Of a stretch of 17,731 nucleotides of DNA, positions 1-7,713 are shown piece by piece (positions within the stretch are counted from its first letter, which is position 1; each line of letters starts with the position of its first letter). Position numbers and translations under genes: made by a program. Below the pieces are notes generated by a model. It worked only from the letters and a program-made list of their open reading frames with translations, was not told the DNA's origin and ran no database searches. The stretch is from assembly GCA_041640655.1 (NCBI GenBank), contig JBEPZV010000048.1, forward strand, positions 1 to 17,731. The letters are read 5' to 3'. This DNA is from a bacterium. GTDB lineage: Bacteria > Acidobacteriota > Blastocatellia > HR10.

Positions 1-506
1 CGCGACAGCTCGCGCACGTCGGCTTTCGTGATCCCGCACTCGATGAGCGGACTGATCACCCCGAATTCGCGCGCCGCTTGGCGCCCGGGCCGGAAATCGC
101 CGAGATCATCGAGATTCGCCCCATCGCACACGGCGCGAAAGCCGCGCTCGCGGGCCAGTTGGGTCAACTTCTCGTACAGTTCACGCTTGCAGTAGTAGCA
201 GCGATTGGGGGGATTCCGACGATAGTTGGGATCGTCGAACTCCTCGGTCCGAATCAGCAGATGTGGGATCGCGAAACGGTGGGCGAAGGCGATAGCCTCC
301 TGGCGATGGCGCGCGGCCAGACTGGGGCTGTCGGCCGTCACCGCGAGCATCCGCTCGCCGAGCACGCGCGCCGCGATGAAGGCGACATAGGCGCTGTCCA
401 CTCCCCCGGAATAGGCGACGATCGCCGATCCCAGAGACCGGAACAATGTGCGAAGACGTTCTTCCTTCTGCTCGAGATCGCTCGGCCTCGCCTCGTTCAC
501 GCCCAT
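1..506 (-). CDS. larE: LarE-family ATP-dependent sulfur transferase (PP-loop superfamily), 3' end runs out of the window
   Basis: Manual minus-strand translation: MGVNEARPSDLEQKEERLRTLFRSLGSAIVAYSGGVDSAYVAFIAARVLGERMLAVTADSPSL...NPPNRCYYCKRELY...CDGANLDDLGDFRPGRQAAREFGVISPLIECGITKADVRELS. PP-loop SGGVDS (393-410), NRCYYCK and DFRPG are LarE hallmarks. Start is ATG 506 or GTG 500. Not in the ORF track because the stop lies outside the window. Confidence 0.92.
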   Translation of the reverse strand, partial: MGVNEARPSDLEQKEERLRTLFRSLGSAIVAYSGGVDSAYVAFIAARVLGERMLAVTADSPSLAARHRQEAIAFAHRFAIPHLLIRTEEFDDPNYRRNPPNRCYYCKRELYEKLTQLARERGFRAVCDGANLDDLGDFRPGRQAAREFGVISPLIECGITKADVRELS

Positions 507-507
507 C

Positions 508-537
508 AGTATAGGACACACGCGGGTGCTTGATCAA
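508..537 (-). promoter_or_regulatory. Putative sigma70-type promoter for larE
   Basis: Minus strand reads TTGATC (537-532), 18-nt spacer, TATACT (513-508); in-frame GTG at 500 follows 7 nt after the -10 hexamer. Confidence 0.5.
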
Positions 538-610
538 TGCGCGGGGATCGCGCGACAATAAGCCGCTCGATCACCATGCGAAGAGAACGCGATCGCTTCG
601 GAGGAGGGAG

Positions 611-2128
611 ATGCGCATATCGGTAAACCGGGAGAGACGAATCCTCATCGGCGTGTTGCTGCTCATCGGGGTGAGCGGTCAGATGGCGGCCATGTCGGCG
701 CAGCCGCCGCTTCGGACGGCGAGGCAACTTCAGCGGCGCATCGAGGAGATCCTCCAGCGGCCCGAGTTCGTGACCACGCGATGGGGGATCCTGGTCGAGT
801 CGCTGGATCGTGGGCGAGTGCTTGTGCAGCACGATGCGCATCAGCTCTTCACGCCGGCCTCGAATGTGAAGCTCTACACGACGGCCGCGGCTTTAGTGCG
901 TTTGGGGCCGGACTTTCGATTCCGTACCTCGGTCTATGCGCAGGCTCCGCCGGATGAGCGGGGGCATCTGGAGGGAGACGTGATCCTCTACGGACGCGGC
1001 GATCCGAACCTCAGCACGCGAACCCTGACCGATGGATACCTGACACCGTTCTACAGCCTGGCCGATCAGCTGGTGCGCGCAGGCGTGCGCGAGATTTTCG
1101 GCGACATCGTGGGGGATGAGAGCTACTTCGTGGGACCGCGCTTGGGGATCGGGTGGGAATGGGATGATCTGCAGTGGTACTACGGCGCGGAGGTGAGCGC
1201 GCTCTCGGTGGACGATAACTTCGTGGACGTCATTTTGCGGCCGGGCGAGCGCGAGGGGGAGCCCGTGCGAGTGATCCTCTCGCCGCCGTCGTCCTATCTG
1301 ACGATCGTGAACCGCGCCGTGACGACGGCGGCCGGAACAGCGCAGCAGATCGCGATCGAGCGCGGGCTTCAGGATAACGTGCTGGAGGTTCGTGGAACGA
1401 TGCCGCAGGAGAGCCTCGGGTATCGCGCCGCGATCGCCGTTCACCATCCCGCGCTGTATGCGGCCACCCTCTTTCGGGACGCGCTGCTGCGGCGCGGCAT
1501 TCGCGTCCACGGTCGTGCCGTGGCCGTTGATTGGAAGGAGCGACGCGCCCGCCCGCTCGATCTCGGTCGGATGGTCGAGCTGGCTCATGTCGCGTCTCCG
1601 CCGCTGCAGGAGGAGATCCGCGTGTTGAACAAGATCAGTCAGAATCTCCATGCCGAGCTGCTGCTGCGCGTCCTCGGAGCCGAGCTGAAGGGAGAGGGAT
1701 CGGATGAGAAGGGGCTCGAGGTCATCCGGGAGTTCCTGGCCGAGATCGGCGCGCGAACGTCGGGCGTGCGGATCCGCGATGGATCGGGTCTCTCGCGCCT
1801 GAATCTCATCGCGCCGGCGACGACGGTGGATCTGTTGCGCTTCATGGACCGGCACGAGTACGGGGCGATCTTTCGCGAATCGCTTCCGATCGCGGGGACG
1901 GACGGGACGCTGGAGCGGCGCATGAGGGGGACTCCGGCCGAGGGGAATGTGCGGGCGAAGACAGGCACGCTCGCGTACACATACACGCTCTCCGGGTACG
2001 TGACGACGGCGCGCGGCGAACGGCTCGTCTTCAGCGTCATGGTCAATCACCATACGGGCGAGGCGGCGCACGCTCTCGCGGCGTTGAATGAGCTGTGCGC
2101 GACGCTGGCCGCCTTCGCGGGATCATGA
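611..2128 (+). CDS. dacB: D-alanyl-D-alanine carboxypeptidase/endopeptidase (PBP4, peptidase S13), 505 aa
   Basis: Penicillin-binding motifs PASNVK (SxxK), SQN (SxN), AKTGT (KTG), plus GRGDP and DGSGLSR. Start moved from 530 to ATG 611 because GGAGG lies at 600-604 and the N-terminus then reads as a signal peptide (MRISVNRERRILIGVLLLIGVSGQMAAMSA). Confidence 0.93.
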   Translation: MRISVNRERRILIGVLLLIGVSGQMAAMSAQPPLRTARQLQRRIEEILQRPEFVTTRWGILVESLDRGRVLVQHDAHQLFTPASNVKLYTTAAALVRLGPDFRFRTSVYAQAPPDERGHLEGDVILYGRGDPNLSTRTLTDGYLTPFYSLADQLVRAGVREIFGDIVGDESYFVGPRLGIGWEWDDLQWYYGAEVSALSVDDNFVDVILRPGEREGEPVRVILSPPSSYLTIVNRAVTTAAGTAQQIAIERGLQDNVLEVRGTMPQESLGYRAAIAVHHPALYAATLFRDALLRRGIRVHGRAVAVDWKERRARPLDLGRMVELAHVASPPLQEEIRVLNKISQNLHAELLLRVLGAELKGEGSDEKGLEVIREFLAEIGARTSGVRIRDGSGLSRLNLIAPATTVDLLRFMDRHEYGAIFRESLPIAGTDGTLERRMRGTPAEGNVRAKTGTLAYTYTLSGYVTTARGERLVFSVMVNHHTGEAAHALAALNELCATLAAFAGS

Positions 2129-2178
2129 GGCGCGTCGGATCAGGACCTCCTCCGTCAGAAGGGGGCGGGCTCGCCTGC

Positions 2179-2208
2179 TTGACACTTTGGCTCGAATTTC
2201 GCTATCTT
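2179..2208 (+). promoter_or_regulatory. Putative sigma70 promoter of the rplM operon
   Basis: TTGACA (2179-2184), 18-nt spacer, TATCTT (2203-2208), 37 nt before the rplM ATG. Confidence 0.7.
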
Positions 2209-2245
2209 TAGCGTTCGCCTTGAAATCGGGAGGTCGAGGGAGAGC

Positions 2246-2680
2246 ATGAAGACTTACGTTCCGAGCGGGAAGGACGTGGAACGGCAGCGGAAGTGGTATC
2301 TCGTGGACGCGGCGGGCATGACCGTGGGTCGGTTGGCCTCGCGCGTGGCGCGGATTCTCATGGGCAAGCATAAGCCGGAGTACACGCCCTTCCTGGACCT
2401 GGGCGATCATGTGATCGTCATCAATGCGGCTCAGGTGCGCTTCACCGGGCGCAAGTGGGAGCAGAAGGTCTACCGGTACCACACGGGGTATCCCGGGGGA
2501 TTGAAGGAGATTCCGGCCAAGCGGATGCTGGCCGAGCATCCGGAGCGGATCGTGGAATGGGCGATCCTGGGGATGTTGCCCAAGACGAAGCTGGGGAAGA
2601 AGATGGCGAAGAAGCTGCGCGTCTATGCGGGGCCTGAGCATCCGCATGAGGCGCAGCGACCGGAACCCTTGACGTTCTAG
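2246..2680 (+). CDS. rplM: 50S ribosomal protein L13
   Basis: [58 protein letters not shown]. Confidence 0.99.
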   Translation: MKTYVPSGKDVERQRKWYLVDAAGMTVGRLASRVARILMGKHKPEYTPFLDLGDHVIVINAAQVRFTGRKWEQKVYRYHTGYPGGLKEIPAKRMLAEHPERIVEWAILGMLPKTKLGKKMAKKLRVYAGPEHPHEAQRPEPLTF

Positions 2681-2688
2681 GAGTCGGC

Positions 2689-3084
2689 ATGGCGGAGATC
2701 ATCCAGTATTGGGGGACGGGGCGACGCAAGACCTCGACGGCGCGCGTCATCTTGCGGCCGGGGTCGGGGCAGATCACCGTCAATGGGCGCGCGCTGGAGG
2801 AGTATTTCCCGCTGGAGCGGCATCGCGCGACCATTCGGCAGCCGCTTCTGCTGACGGATACCTGGGGCAAGTTCGATATCCGCGTGAACGTGCGCGGAGG
2901 GGGGATCACCGGACAGGCCGAGGCGATCCGACATGGGATCGCGCGCGCCCTGCTTGAATTCAATTCCGATCTGCGCCCCCGCTTGAAGGAAGCGGGCCTG
3001 CTCACTCGAGACGCGCGCATCAAGGAACGCAAGAAGTATGGGCAGAAAGGAGCCCGAAAGCGATTCCAATATTCCAAGCGCTGA
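2689..3084 (+). CDS. rpsI: 30S ribosomal protein S9
   Basis: [40 protein letters not shown]-terminal QYSKR; follows rplM. Confidence 0.99.
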   Translation: MAEIIQYWGTGRRKTSTARVILRPGSGQITVNGRALEEYFPLERHRATIRQPLLLTDTWGKFDIRVNVRGGGITGQAEAIRHGIARALLEFNSDLRPRLKEAGLLTRDARIKERKKYGQKGARKRFQYSKR

Positions 3085-3135
3085 TCTTCTGGGGAGGCCC
3101 TCACTTGGGCTCTCGCGAGCCATCGCTTTGGTGGG

Positions 3136-3253
3136 CGAGGTCTCTGAACGCGATTCCCTTCAGCGCCCCCTCTGGGGGGCTCCGCATGGTCGTCCGCGCG
3201 GGGGGCGGCCCGTCGGAGGCGGGATGAGGGCGGCCGAGCCCAGAGACTACTCG
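3136..3253 (+). promoter_or_regulatory. Structured rpsB 5' leader, candidate S2 autoregulatory RNA element
   Basis: Closing helix CGAG-GTCTCTG (3136-3146) with CAGAGAC-ta-CTCG (3241-3253) enclosing hairpins GCCCCC/GGGGGC (3165-3180) and GGTCGTCC/GGGCGGCC (3188-3210); ends at the rpsB Shine-Dalgarno. Confidence 0.5.
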
Positions 3254-3270
3254 AGGAGGGGAGAGCGACG

Positions 3271-4086
3271 GTGGTGACCATCACGATGAAAGAACTGCTG
3301 GAAGCGGGCGTCCACTTCGGCCATCAGACGCACCGCTGGAACCCGAAGATGCGGGAGTTCATCTTCGGGGAGCGCAACGGCATTCACATCATTGATCTGC
3401 AGAAGACGCAGCGGTATTTCCGAGAGGCCGTGAAATTCGTCACCGAGATGGCCGCGCAGGGCAAGACCTTCCTCTTTGTGGGGACGAAGCGGCAGGCGCA
3501 GGAGGCCATCGCCGAGGAGGCCACCCGCTGCGGCCAGTTCTATGTCAATCACCGATGGTTGGGCGGATTGCTGACGAATTTCCAGACGATTCGGAAATCC
3601 ATTCAGAAGCTCCAGGAGCTGGAGCAGATGAAAGCTGACGGGCGGCTGGAGCAGCTTCCGAAGAAGGAGGCCATTCGGCTGGAGCGCAAGCGCGCCGCCT
3701 TGGAGAAGAACTTCGCGGGAATTCGCCAGATGACGCGATTGCCCGATGTCCTCTTCGTCATTGATACGGAGAAGGAGGAGCTGGCCGTGCGGGAGGCCAA
3801 GCGATTGGGAATTCCCATTGTGGCCGTCGTGGATACGAACTGCGATCCCGAGGGGATTGATTATCCCATCCCGGGCAACGACGATGCGCTCCGCGCCGTG
3901 CGGCTGTTCGTCTCCAAGATCGCGGATGCGATCATCGAGGGACGGCAGATGATGAAGGAGATGGCGCCGGAGGTCGCGGAAACGGCTCCGGCTGAGGCCG
4001 CCGTCTCGGCTCAGGCGGAGACGCCAGCGGTGAGCGAGGTGGAGCGATTCCTGGAATTGGAGGAGGAAATTCCCGAGCGGGAGTGA
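3271..4086 (+). CDS. rpsB: 30S ribosomal protein S2
   Basis: [62 protein letters not shown] at 3254-3259 before the GTG start. Confidence 0.99.
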   Translation: MVTITMKELLEAGVHFGHQTHRWNPKMREFIFGERNGIHIIDLQKTQRYFREAVKFVTEMAAQGKTFLFVGTKRQAQEAIAEEATRCGQFYVNHRWLGGLLTNFQTIRKSIQKLQELEQMKADGRLEQLPKKEAIRLERKRAALEKNFAGIRQMTRLPDVLFVIDTEKEELAVREAKRLGIPIVAVVDTNCDPEGIDYPIPGNDDALRAVRLFVSKIADAIIEGRQMMKEMAPEVAETAPAEAAVSAQAETPAVSEVERFLELEEEIPERE

Positions 4087-4092
4087 GGGACC

Positions 4093-4728
4093 ATGGCTGA
4101 GATCTCGGCACAAGCGGTGAAGGCCCTTCGCGACAAGACCGGCGTGGGGATCATGGAATGCCGGGCGGCATTGATCGAAGCGGGGGGGGATGAGGAGAAA
4201 GCCATTGAGATCCTCCGCAAGCGCGGCCTGGCCGCGGCGAAGCGAAAAGAGGGGCGGGTGACCACCGAGGGGATCATCGGCTCCTACGTTCATCATGGGA
4301 GCAAGATCGGCGTCCTGGTGGAGGTGAATTGCGAGACGGACTTCGTGGCGCGCAATCCCGAATTTCAGCAATTCGTGAAGGACTTGGCCATGCACATTTG
4401 CGCGGCCGAGCCCCGTTATATCCGCAAAGAGGACGTGCCCGAGGACGTGCTCGCCAAGGAGCGGGAGATCGCCCGCGAGCAAGCTCTGGCCGACCCGAAG
4501 ATGGCGGGGAAGCCGGAGGCCGTGCTGGAGCGCATCATCGAGGGGCGCTTGGCGAAGTTCTATGCCGAGACGGTGCTGCTGGAGCAGCCCTTCATCAAGG
4601 ATCCGACCAAGACGATCTATCAATTGCTCGCGGAGCTGATCGCGAAGTTCGGGGAGAACATCCGCATTCGGAGGTTCACGCGATACAAGTTGGGGGAGGA
4701 TTCGACGCTCTCGGCCGGAAGCGGTTGA
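4093..4728 (+). CDS. tsf: Translation elongation factor Ts, short (211 aa) form
   Basis: [50 protein letters not shown]; follows rpsB. Confidence 0.99.
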   Translation: MAEISAQAVKALRDKTGVGIMECRAALIEAGGDEEKAIEILRKRGLAAAKRKEGRVTTEGIIGSYVHHGSKIGVLVEVNCETDFVARNPEFQQFVKDLAMHICAAEPRYIRKEDVPEDVLAKEREIAREQALADPKMAGKPEAVLERIIEGRLAKFYAETVLLEQPFIKDPTKTIYQLLAELIAKFGENIRIRRFTRYKLGEDSTLSAGSG

Positions 4729-4736
4729 GCGGTTCG

Positions 4737-4762
4737 GCCCCTCCTTCGCGAGGGGCTTTTTT
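4737..4762 (+). terminator. Intrinsic (Rho-independent) terminator after tsf
   Basis: Stem GCCCCTC (4737-4743), loop CTTCGC, stem GAGGGGC (4750-4756), then TTTTTT (4757-4762). Confidence 0.85.
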
Positions 4763-4768
4763 ATATGA

Positions 4769-5551
<783 letters not shown>

Positions 5552-5565
5552 CGGGGGAGGGGGAT

Positions 5566-6123
5566 ATGATCAAGGATGTCTTGACGAACGCCAAGACCCG
5601 CATGGAGGCGGCGATCGAGGATTGCCGTCGGAAGCTGGCGTCGGTGCGCACGGGCCGGGCGTCAACAAGTCTCCTCGATCAGATCATCGTCGAGTACTAC
5701 GGCACGCCGATGCCGCTCACTCAAGTGGCTCAAGTGCACGCGCCGGAGCCGACGCTGCTCACTGTTCAACCTTACGACCCCTCATTGCTGCCCACGATCG
5801 AGCGGGCGATTCTGGCGTCCGATCTCGGCTTGACCCCGTCCAATGACGGGCGCATCATTCGGATCCCCATTCCGCCGCTGACGGAGGAGCGGCGGCGGCA
5901 ATTGGCGAAAGTCGTGGGGGAGATCGCCGAGGATCATCGCACGGCGGTGCGCAACATCCGGCGCGATGCCAACGAGCGCTTGAAGAAGATGTGCAAGGAC
6001 AAGCTCATCTCCGAGGACGATGAGCGACGCGCCCTGGAGGAAGTGCAGAAGCTGACCGATGCCGCGATCGAGCGGATCAACGAGCTGGTGAGGAAGAAGG
6101 AGGAGGAGCTTCTGGGTCGGTGA
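5566..6123 (+). CDS. frr: Ribosome recycling factor
   Basis: [51 protein letters not shown]; 185 aa; follows pyrH. Confidence 0.99.
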   Translation: MIKDVLTNAKTRMEAAIEDCRRKLASVRTGRASTSLLDQIIVEYYGTPMPLTQVAQVHAPEPTLLTVQPYDPSLLPTIERAILASDLGLTPSNDGRIIRIPIPPLTEERRRQLAKVVGEIAEDHRTAVRNIRRDANERLKKMCKDKLISEDDERRALEEVQKLTDAAIERINELVRKKEEELLGR

Positions 6124-6136
6124 GTCGGCGCCGACT
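6123..6136. repeat. Perfect 14-bp palindrome filling the gap between convergent frr and Clp-ATPase genes
   Basis: AGTCGGCGCCGACT is its own reverse complement and lies between the two stop codons. Confidence 0.75.
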
Positions 6137-7279
6137 TCAGGACGGACGCGGCGCGCCCAGGGATGAGGCGACGCGCGCCCGCTCCCGTGCAGGGAGCGCC
6201 TCGGGAACCTCCGTGTCCGGTCGCGTGTGACCGACGAGCGCTCCGCCGACCTCCTTGGCGAAGACGAGCCGCGTCGAATCCTTCGGATCCACGTCCACAA
6301 TCACGACATCCCCGGTCTCGATCTGCCGCGTCGCGACGAGATTGGAGAGCGGGAAGACCAGGAAACGTTCCAGGGCGCGCCGCAGATGGCGCGCGCCATA
6401 CTTGTAGTCGGTTCCCTCTCGCAAGAGCAACTCCTTGGCGGCATCCGTACAGGTGAAGATGAATTTCGGCGCCGATGACTTCATGATCCGTTGCTGGATG
6501 AGCTTCAGCTCGATCTCCAAGATCTGGCGCAAGTGCTCTTCCTTGAGGGAGCGGAAGACGACGACCTTGTCGATGCGGTTCATGAATTCGGGGGAGAAGC
6601 GACGCCGGGCCGCTTCCAGAGCAGTGCGGTAAATCTTCTGGTCCACGACCGAATCCTGCTGCCCCTGTTTCGGGGTGAAGCCGATCCCTCCGGAGATCAG
6701 TTCGGCCATCTCCTTGGCGCCCAGGTTCGAAGTCATGATGATGATGCACCGGGAGAAATCCACCTTGCGGTTATCGCCGAGCGTGAGCGTGGCGCGATCC
6801 AGGATGCCCAGAAGGAGTTGCCAGAGAGCATCGGAGGCCTTCTCGATCTCGTCGAACAGGACGAGGGTCAGCTTCAGCGTCTCCGTGTGATAGCGATCGA
6901 GGTTCTCCTGAGTCAGCAGCGGTGGGGTCTCTCGGTGTCCGAGGTATCCGGGCGGCGAGCCGATCAGTTTGGCGATCTCGTGGCTGTGCTGGAATTCGGC
7001 GCAGTCAATTTTCACCAAGGCATTGGGGTCGCCGAAGAGGATCTCCGCGCACGCCTCGACGATGCGCGTCTTGCCCGATCCCGTCGGTCCCAGAAAGAGC
7101 AACGACCCAATGGGGCGTCCGGGTGGACAGAGCCCGGCCAGGTAGACCTGGTAGAGATGAGCCAAACGTCGCACGGCCCGATCCTGACCGACGATACGCT
7201 CCAGAAGTTTCCGTTCGAACTCTTCGACCTGCGGGTGTCGTCGTTCTGGGTTGAGGAGGACTCGCGTTGGCGCCGCCAT
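6137..7279 (-). CDS. Stand-alone ClpA/B/C-type AAA+ ATPase, D2 module only (AAA_2 plus small helical domain), 380 aa
   Basis: IVGQDRAV, Walker A GPTGSGKT, pore loop KLIGSPPGYLGH, Walker B VLFDEIEKA, sensor 1 MTSNLG, Arg finger PEFMNRID, sensor 2 YGARHLRR. GGGAGG (7295-7290) precedes ATG 7279; no N-domain or D1 upstream. Confidence 0.93.
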   Translation of the reverse strand: MAAPTRVLLNPERRHPQVEEFERKLLERIVGQDRAVRRLAHLYQVYLAGLCPPGRPIGSLLFLGPTGSGKTRIVEACAEILFGDPNALVKIDCAEFQHSHEIAKLIGSPPGYLGHRETPPLLTQENLDRYHTETLKLTLVLFDEIEKASDALWQLLLGILDRATLTLGDNRKVDFSRCIIIMTSNLGAKEMAELISGGIGFTPKQGQQDSVVDQKIYRTALEAARRRFSPEFMNRIDKVVVFRSLKEEHLRQILEIELKLIQQRIMKSSAPKFIFTCTDAAKELLLREGTDYKYGARHLRRALERFLVFPLSNLVATRQIETGDVVIVDVDPKDSTRLVFAKEVGGALVGHTRPDTEVPEALPARERARVASSLGAPRPS

Positions 7280-7366
7280 GTCCGTACTTCCTCCCTCGCC
7301 TTACCTTCCTGCGCTTCCCACCGCCTTAGACGTCATCCTCGCGCGCGATGTTGCCTCCACCGGGGA

Positions 7367-7397
7367 ATTATAGGGCGAGTGGCGCGCGCGCCGTCAA
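7367..7397 (-). promoter_or_regulatory. Putative sigma70 promoter for the Clp-like ATPase
   Basis: Minus strand reads TTGACG (7397-7392), 19-nt spacer, perfect TATAAT (7372-7367). Spacer is longer than optimal. Confidence 0.55.
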
Positions 7398-7453
7398 GAA
7401 TCCGCGCCCGACGCTGCGTCAATCTCCCCGGCCGTGAGGGGGGAATTTTCTGC

Positions 7454-7482
7454 TTGACAACTCGTGGTCTTGCCTATAGTCT
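7454..7482 (+). promoter_or_regulatory. Putative sigma70 promoter for the accessory biosynthetic cluster
   Basis: TTGACA (7454-7459) followed by TAGTCT (7477-7482, 17-nt spacer) or overlapping TATAGT (7475-7480, 15-nt spacer). Confidence 0.6.
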
Positions 7483-7566
7483 TTGCTACTCGCCAGCGTT
7501 CGGTTTGGTGAGCGCTCGGCGTTGTGCGAGCCTTGAGGCCGTAAGCCGATACAAGGAGTGAGGGCT

Positions 7567-7713
7567 GTGAGTCTACGGAGGCGGCGTGGAGGGCGGCGCG
7601 CGCGTGGCGCGACTTCCCGCGGAATCCTTCATGGACGATGCGTGGGGATGAGTGTCTCCGCATCGGCTGAAACGTGGGCGGTGAGACTTTCCTCTCAGGA
7701 GGAGCGACGATGA
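7567..7713 (+). CDS. Possible 48-aa Arg-rich leader ORF coupled to the KAS III-like gene
   Basis: AAGGAG (7553-7558) 8 nt before GTG 7567; frame open to TGA 7711-7713, overlapping ATG 7710 (ATGA). No recognisable family; could be chance in GC-rich DNA. Confidence 0.25.
   Translation: MSLRRRRGGRRARGATSRGILHGRCVGMSVSASAETWAVRLSSQEERR

Noticed and set aside
78..558. ORF-track calls 78..533 (+) and 181..558 (-)
   Set aside because: Shadow frames over larE, which has clear family motifs in another minus-strand frame.
530..610. N-terminal extension of dacB from TTG 530
   Set aside because: SD and signal peptide fit ATG 611; the extension overlaps the divergent promoter region.
893..2071. 392-aa antisense ORF over dacB
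   Set aside because: No motifs; expected antisense open frame in high-GC coding DNA.
6137..7279. Calling the ATPase clpB/clpC or a pseudogene fragment
   Set aside because: No N-domain, D1 or M-domain and no remnant upstream; intact motifs, own RBS and promoter argue for a complete single-module gene, so no symbol was given.
7280..7460. CIRCE or CtsR heat-shock operator upstream of the Clp-like gene
   Set aside because: No TTAGCACTC-N9-GAGTGCTAA; the two CGTCAA copies (7392, 7417) are 25 nt apart and do not match the CtsR tandem heptad.
6163..7561. Plus-strand ORFs including 6491..7561 (356 aa)
   Set aside because: Antisense to the Clp-like ATPase, which carries all AAA+ motifs.
7677..7686. 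ops/JUMPstart element (GGCGGTGAG) in the cluster leader
   Set aside because: Does not match GGCGGTAGnnTG, and no RfaH/NusG paralogue is in the window.
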